Shown here piece after piece: positions 56,586 through 64,000 of a DNA stretch of 64,000 bases; position 1 is the first letter of the stretch; every line of letters starts with the position of its first letter. Origin of the DNA: Eledone cirrhosa (taxonomy: Eukaryota); assembly GCA_964016885.1 (NCBI GenBank), contig OZ024742.1, forward strand, positions 245,458,001-245,522,000, given 5' to 3'. Made by a program: the position numbers and the translations under genes. The notes under the pieces were generated by a model, which had not been told where the DNA came from, searched no databases, and saw only the letters and a list, made by a program, of their open reading frames with translations.

Positions 56586-57057
56586 CTAGCAGGAAGTAGT
56601 GTTTAGCCTCTACGTTGACCTCAACAAGGAAAAATATGACAAAAATGGCCCTTCGTACAATTATGATTTTATGGAATGTGAACTACCTTCCGAATAAAAT
56701 TCTTTCGCTGAAACTGTTTTTTAAATGAAAAATATTTTGTAATTGTTGCTGCTGTTGTGGGAGGTTTATTTATTTATTTAATTATTTATTTTTAGTCTCT
56801 AGTCTATTACATGTCGGCTCGTATTTCTGGCAAGTTGAATGACCTGCTATCCACTTAAAAAAAAAATATATATATATATATACTGTATACTGTATATATA
56901 TATATATATATAGGTTAGCGAAAAAAGGAAGGTCAGGTCACATGATTTTAATAGGACCTCGGAGACAGACCAATGGGGAAAGGGAGAAAGAAGCTGCATG
57001 GGGCACTGTCAGCTGTTAATTTAATACCTGTAAGTTTAAAGAGCGATGTACTGAATG

Positions 57058-57123
<66 letters not shown>

Positions 57124-57138
57124 TACTCACACACACAA

Positions 57139-57227
<89 letters not shown>

Positions 57228-57228
<1 letters not shown>

Positions 57229-57645
57229 TTAAAATGATAGCTCAAGGTCTTCAAAATATTTTTAATTAAAACTACGGTATATTGCCAAATAAACTATACA
57301 TACATTCAGGTATGTATAGTATATTTCAGAGCACCAATCCTAATTTTTAATTTTTGCTGGACCGGCAATCGCTCTGTATAACCAGTTTCTGATTATTACT
57401 GGAATTCTATAAAAATCCAGCCTCTATAATTATTGCTGTGAGGATCACCAACAGGGTGAAACAGAATCTGTCAGCTTCTCCCCCTTCCTTTGCCGAAAAA
57501 GAAGTAAGTGACATAGTCACTACTTTAAAATGATAGCGCAAGGTCTTCAAAATGTTTTTAATTAAACATACAGTATATTGCCAAATATACTATACATACA
57601 TTCATGTATACATCGCTATTTCAGAGCACCAATCCTAATTTTAAT
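57228..57645 (+). repeat. About 296-bp unit (1.4 copies) with a degenerate HHR-like fold at about 57435-57475
   Basis: aaaatgatag..aaggtcttcaaaat at 57231 and 57527; GCT-GTGAGGA-tcACC aacag GGT-GAA-ACAGA a TCTGT-C-AGC. Confidence 0.55.
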
Positions 57646-57750
57646 ATATATGTTTGTATGTATGTATCTATATATGCATGTATGTGTGTATGTGTGTGTG
57701 TTTGTATGTGTGTATACATATGTATACATACATATATATTTATATATATA

Positions 57751-57799
<49 letters not shown>

Positions 57800-57839
57800 T
57801 ATATGTATACATTTTACATTTTCGTTTATTGTCTTACAT

Positions 57840-60160
57840 AAAACCCATTATGGACATTTTAGAGGCACTAAAATATCATTGCGGCAAGTATATATATATT
57901 CTTTAGGGCCTTAGACAAATGCTTCCCTAGATCACACAGATACTATAAAATATTCAATAGAAATACCATCAAGCTGTCCTACTCCACAACTAGTAACATA
58001 GCTCAGAATATAGCGAAAATGAATTATAGTAGACTTAGGACAGCCCAAGGGGGAATTAGACATGGCAGTAATAATGGCAGCTCTATGGGGGAACGGACTC
58101 ATACACGTGAGGCGAGTCGGGTCTCCCCAACCCCAGGGAACTTACCCATAGAGCAGACAGGAATTGTCCCATGGCTGGGAAATGCCTCACCAAAAAGATA
58201 GTCTACGACTGTAAGGTTTCCACTCCTGATAGAACCTTCAGGTATGTTGGGGCAACTGCCACTGAATTTAAGGATAGATGGTATAATCACCGCCATACCT
58301 TTAATACATTAGATTTTAAAAATAGCACGGCGCTTTCTGAATTAGTCTGGAAACTTAAACATCAGAATATAGAGCACTCCTTATCCTGGTCCATAATTTG
58401 CTCAGCCTAACCTTATAACAGCAGCACTGGCGTTTGCAATTTATGTGTAGCTGAAACCTTTAATATTATTAGAGGCGGGCCCCTATTAATTAATAGGAGA
58501 GCTGATTTTTTCAGCAATTGCCAACATAGAACCTCGAAAACCTTCCGCAGGAATTTTGGAAAGTAACCTACCACTAACTCCTCCCTCTCTACTTTAGCCA
58601 TAGAATTCTCTCAATAAACAGACAGTTACACACTCAGGTAGTTAGACGGCTAAGATTGTTTTCACACTTACAAACGGTACCTGACTTGTTTCCACAGAGT
58701 TCTCACGGCTGAGTGCACTTTTAGAATACCTAGCTAGTAAATAGTTAGAATTGATTACACACTCAGTATACCTAGTTAGTAATTGATTACACACTCAGGC
58801 AAGACCGATTACGCGCATCTACCTTTACTTGAAGATACCCTAAACATTGAGTTCTCTCGGTTGGGATATAGCTAGTCGTATTGCACACTCAGTTAGGACC
58901 GATTACGTTCTCTATACATAACTCTACACACAGTACCCGTTTTCTTTAGACATTCAGTTCCCACAGTTGCGACTGGTCACGTTCCTACCGATTGAACACT
59001 ACACTAGGTTTTGATCCGTGATCATCTAACCATTGAGTGCTCACAGTTACGGATTGAACAATAATACTTACACACCATTAATGGGCCTACACACATCCTC
59101 TGGGTTTTGCTATCCTTTGTTATTTACTTTACCTTTTGTGTTGGATAACACACCTCCACCACTCAAACACCTATCTTAAAAACCCAAGGGCCCATTTGAC
59201 CGGAAATCGCACTTACTGACACATTAACACAAATACCCAACCCTACACGGAGCCCCTTGCTGGCCTACAATACAGTTGCTTGCACGCACGGTTTTGGTGA
59301 CTCAGACTCTCAATGGGACAGTGGTACATACTGAGTTCGATATGAGCTGATTGCTTTCTCTTCACATGGATGTGTATATACCTGACATACACTTTTTCGG
59401 ACGATACGGATGTGTATATACCATAACATACACTTGAAGATACGGATGTTACAATTCAATCTATACATGTATAACAGAACACTGAACTTACTTGCTTGTG
59501 CGTGTGTGTGGGGGGGGGGGCTGTGGTTAACCCAATATTTCCAATTTACATCGTCAAATTGAGATTTGACCAAGGTAGCATTTGTTGTTTTGTAAACGAA
59601 CTTTCGGTGAATGCTGTGTTGGTATATTCTTATTCTTATATTTGTTGTTTTTTTTCTATGACATCGCTTCGGTGTGTGTGAGAGTGTGTGTGTACCCACT
59701 CACACTAATTGTGACCTTCTATAGTTCTACAGGTTTGATGCTGTGTTGATATGTGTATATATATATTTTTTTTTTTTTTCTTTGACCTCGAGCCGGTGTG
59801 TATGGGTGTTGAGTGTGTGTGTACCCACTCACATTAACTGTGACCGACTGTATTTCTACAGATCTGATTAATGTGCAGGGTCTTTGCAGCTATGGAGATT
59901 TGACAGTTTTATGACCCTAACTGAAGCTGATAACAATCGCCGTATTTCTGACTACTGGATCTTCATATGAGGGAATAAACTCTGTCAATGAACATTGCTA
60001 ATTTTCTCCCTCATATCAAGAATTTGAAGACAATTCATTTTCACCTGATGAGATCAGTGATAATTGATCATGGCTTTACGATCGATCTATCTCTTATTGA
60101 AACATGTGTCGTGATTAAAATGATTGGAATTTGACCTTGTCTTCAGATTTTCATTTTGAT
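57840..60160 (+). mobile_element. Second Penelope-like family (B): degenerate GIY-YIG region plus about 1.6 kb 3' UTR ending at (TA)n
   Basis: IFNRNTIKLSYSTT, CPMAGKCL, IVYDCKV..YVGATATEFKDRWYNHRHTF..STALSELVWKLK, CNLCVAE. Confidence 0.8.
60041..60114 (+). ncRNA. Type I hammerhead with expanded stem II at the 3' end of PLE family B
   Basis: TCAC-CTGATGA-GATCA gtgataat TGATC..-GAA-ACA tg TGT-C-GTGA; GUC triplet. Confidence 0.65.
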
Positions 60161-60528
60161 ATATATATATATATATATATTAGCTATACAAGGATACAAT
60201 ACACTTCTAGCACTCAATGTCATATTACTTCCTAAAAACAAGGATGACGGAGTATATTAATAAAGAGGAAAATGCGAAGTTGAAGATGTTAGGTCCTTTA
60301 TTAATTGAGCCGTTATACATATTTCAATGACGATAGATATCGTGATTTCTTCAGACAGCAAAAATTGTCCGCTCCCTTCCACCCAAAATTGCCTCGGAAA
60401 TGTTACCTTTTAATCAATTTTTGCTGTCTGAAGAAATCACGATATCTATCGTCATTGGAATATGTATAACGACTCAACTAATAAAGGAGACTAACATCTT
60501 TAACTTCGCATTTTCCTCTTTATATATA

Positions 60529-61675
<1,147 letters not shown>

Positions 61676-62274
61676 TCTCTGCTCCATCCCATCTTCTACC
61701 CTCTACCCATTCATCATGCTGGTTCCTGCCCCCCCCCCTCCTCCCTCTCTATACATATAAGATAAAACCCTACCAAAATTAATCAAAATCGCCAACTCGC
61801 TATTTCTGGGATGGCTGTTTCCTTCGGTATAAAGTAACGTTCAAATTTTTCTCGATTCTTCTCTCCATTCGAACCCATTCATTCAATCACTTCTATGTCC
61901 TAATTTCACACTATATCATATTTTCACCATTCTATATCATATCTTTTCTCTAAAAATCATATTTTCCCTATCACCGCATTTTCTCTATCGTATTTTCTTA
62001 AACAAAACAAATCTTGTATTTTCGTTTATTGTTAAATTATGCCCAAAATACGGCGATCTTATCTTAAACCTTACATTCTGTCATATTTTCATATTCTGTC
62101 GTATTTTCATATCAAAACAAATCACTATTATATATCCCTTTAAATATAATTTGTTAAACTTGCTAAGTTTTACGCAAAACTTCGAGTACCTATTTAAACT
62201 CTTAACCTCTGCTCCATCCCATCTTCTACCCCCTACCCATTCATCATGCTGGTTCCTGCCCCCCCCCCCCCCCC

Positions 62275-62780
62275 GTTACAAACGAAACGAAGTTTAATTT
62301 CGTTTCGTTATTTGTTTTTATCGTCTCCGTTGAACCGGTACTTACTCACACTCTATGCAAATTAGTCTGCCCACTACTAATTTTCATAGAAAAAGCATAT
62401 AACGATATGTGCTTTTACGATTCTCTAGAGAGGCCGGAAGATAGGTAAATATTGCTAATGAGTTGTAACAACAACGAAACTAGTTCAATATTCCTTGTCT
62501 GGCTTTCTGGAGAATAGAGGAAAGGTGTTTCCTCAAAAACCAGTATGACTCTAAAAACCGGTTTGTCTGTGTGTTTACATATAGAATAGCTGGCCACTCA
62601 CAGTAAAGTGACCAGTGAAAAAACTTGGTACATCTACATATGTATACGTGTGTGTATTCATATACATACTAGTATTTCAGTATACATATATGGATGTACA
62701 TCTTTAACTTAATTGTTTAAGCGTCAGTCATACAAAAGTGAGTTACAAACGAAACGAAGTTTAATTTCGTTTCGTTATTT

Positions 62781-62784
<4 letters not shown>
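62275..62784 (+). mobile_element. Inverted, circularly permuted copy (1.1 units) of the 467-bp HHR element
   Basis: gttacaaacgaaacgaag.. at 62275 and again at 62742 (467 apart); HHR at 62448-62492 has CTAATGA; ends in (TA)n. Confidence 0.85.
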
Positions 62785-62862
<78 letters not shown>

Positions 62863-62879
62863 TATATACATATATATAC

Positions 62880-62983
<104 letters not shown>

Positions 62984-63131
62984 ATGCTTTGGGAGGGTCA
63001 TGTTGCCAATAAGAAACACACGCACCAGTTGCTTTCACTCCAATTTATTATAAATTAAATTTATAAATTTAAGAATTTATAAATTTCCGGTTGGTTGGTT
63101 GGTTCCATAACCGGACGGTTGTTCATATATT

Positions 63132-63174
63132 GTCAAAGTTCTTTCGTCACACATTCTGTGACCTCTTCAGTGAC
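63132..63174 (-). ncRNA. Minimal type I hammerhead (family of 1890-1932)
   Basis: GTCA-CTGAAGA-G-GTCAC agaatgt GTGAC-GAA-AG aa CT-T-TGAC. Confidence 0.7.
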
Positions 63175-63657
63175 TGGGGATTCTTTTCTTTGTTTTGTGC
63201 CCCTCCTTTGTTCTGTCCTACGCCATCTTGTTTATATATATATATATATATATTAAATGTTAAACAGTGAGGTAGTATTTAATCCATTTTTAACAATCGT
63301 TCGAGAGAGCAAAATATTGATGTGCAGACTAATCGAGTTATGTAACTCCCTATGTTCAACTTCTAAAAAGCACATCTCTGCTGTCGTTCTTCAGAAACAA
63401 TAGATTTGATATGTATTAATCAACTATAGAGTAAAGAGTAAAGACTCCCTCTGGTCACGAACAATCATGGGATTTGTAGTTAGATAGTCCTCCTCTGAGG
63501 CACAAGTCCGGGCAAAGTTGTTGATGGAAGACCAGCAGTCGCCCATGCATACCGGTCTCACCTCTCCACGCCACCGACGTCGTCAGACACAGCTTGGCAC
63601 CAGCGACGTCGTAACTCATTTCTACAGCTGAGTAAACTGGAGCAACATGAACTAAAG

Positions 63658-63924
63658 CAGGGGTATGCAACATATTCCATTGGCGGGCCACTTTTGAACA
63701 TTGAAACAACTATTAGGGCCATTAATATTTATTAAGCACTATTCCAAAGATTCACCACTTCTTTCCATGACATTGAACTGGGAAATTATAACACACATAA
63801 CCCTATCAGTGAAGCCCTTTAGTATAGGTCAACTAACAGAAAATTGTACTACGGTTACGAAATAAATTCTAAATAGCTTGTTGGGCCGGATTGTGGCCCG
63901 CTGGTCGCCTGTTGCACGCTCCTG
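63658..63924. mobile_element. hAT-type MITE inserted in a SINE
   Basis: TIRs caggggtatgcaaca / tgttgcacgctcctg; 8-bp TSD aactaaag / aattaaag. Confidence 0.75.
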
Positions 63925-63945
63925 AATTAAAGTATCTTATATATA

Positions 63946-64000
<55 letters not shown>

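Overview
AT-rich, microsatellite-laden animal genomic DNA. The SINE, RTE and Penelope repertoire and a mollusc-type tropomyosin suggest an octopod cephalopod (inference). Most of the window is mobile-element debris. It holds Penelope-like elements (PLEs; RT plus C-terminal GIY-YIG) as inverted pairs ending in (TA)n, RTE, R4/Dong and CRE-like LINE fragments, a Helitron, MITEs, many SINEs and an 84-bp minisatellite. Host-gene signal is limited to an intronless, rearranged tropomyosin-like ORF (45218-45847) and a few candidate minus-strand micro-exons. At least eight sequence families carry type I hammerhead ribozyme (HHR) folds, some with a non-canonical core or an expanded stem II. The strongest signal is a 467-bp HHR-containing, retrozyme-like repeat at 60648-62784. 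One segment of it carries about 44 exclusively A-to-G changes in ADAR-type context, and the changes stop at the predicted HHR cleavage site. This looks like an A-to-I hyper-edited RNA monomer reverse-transcribed into the genome. All alignments, folds and counts were done by eye, so element boundaries are approximate.
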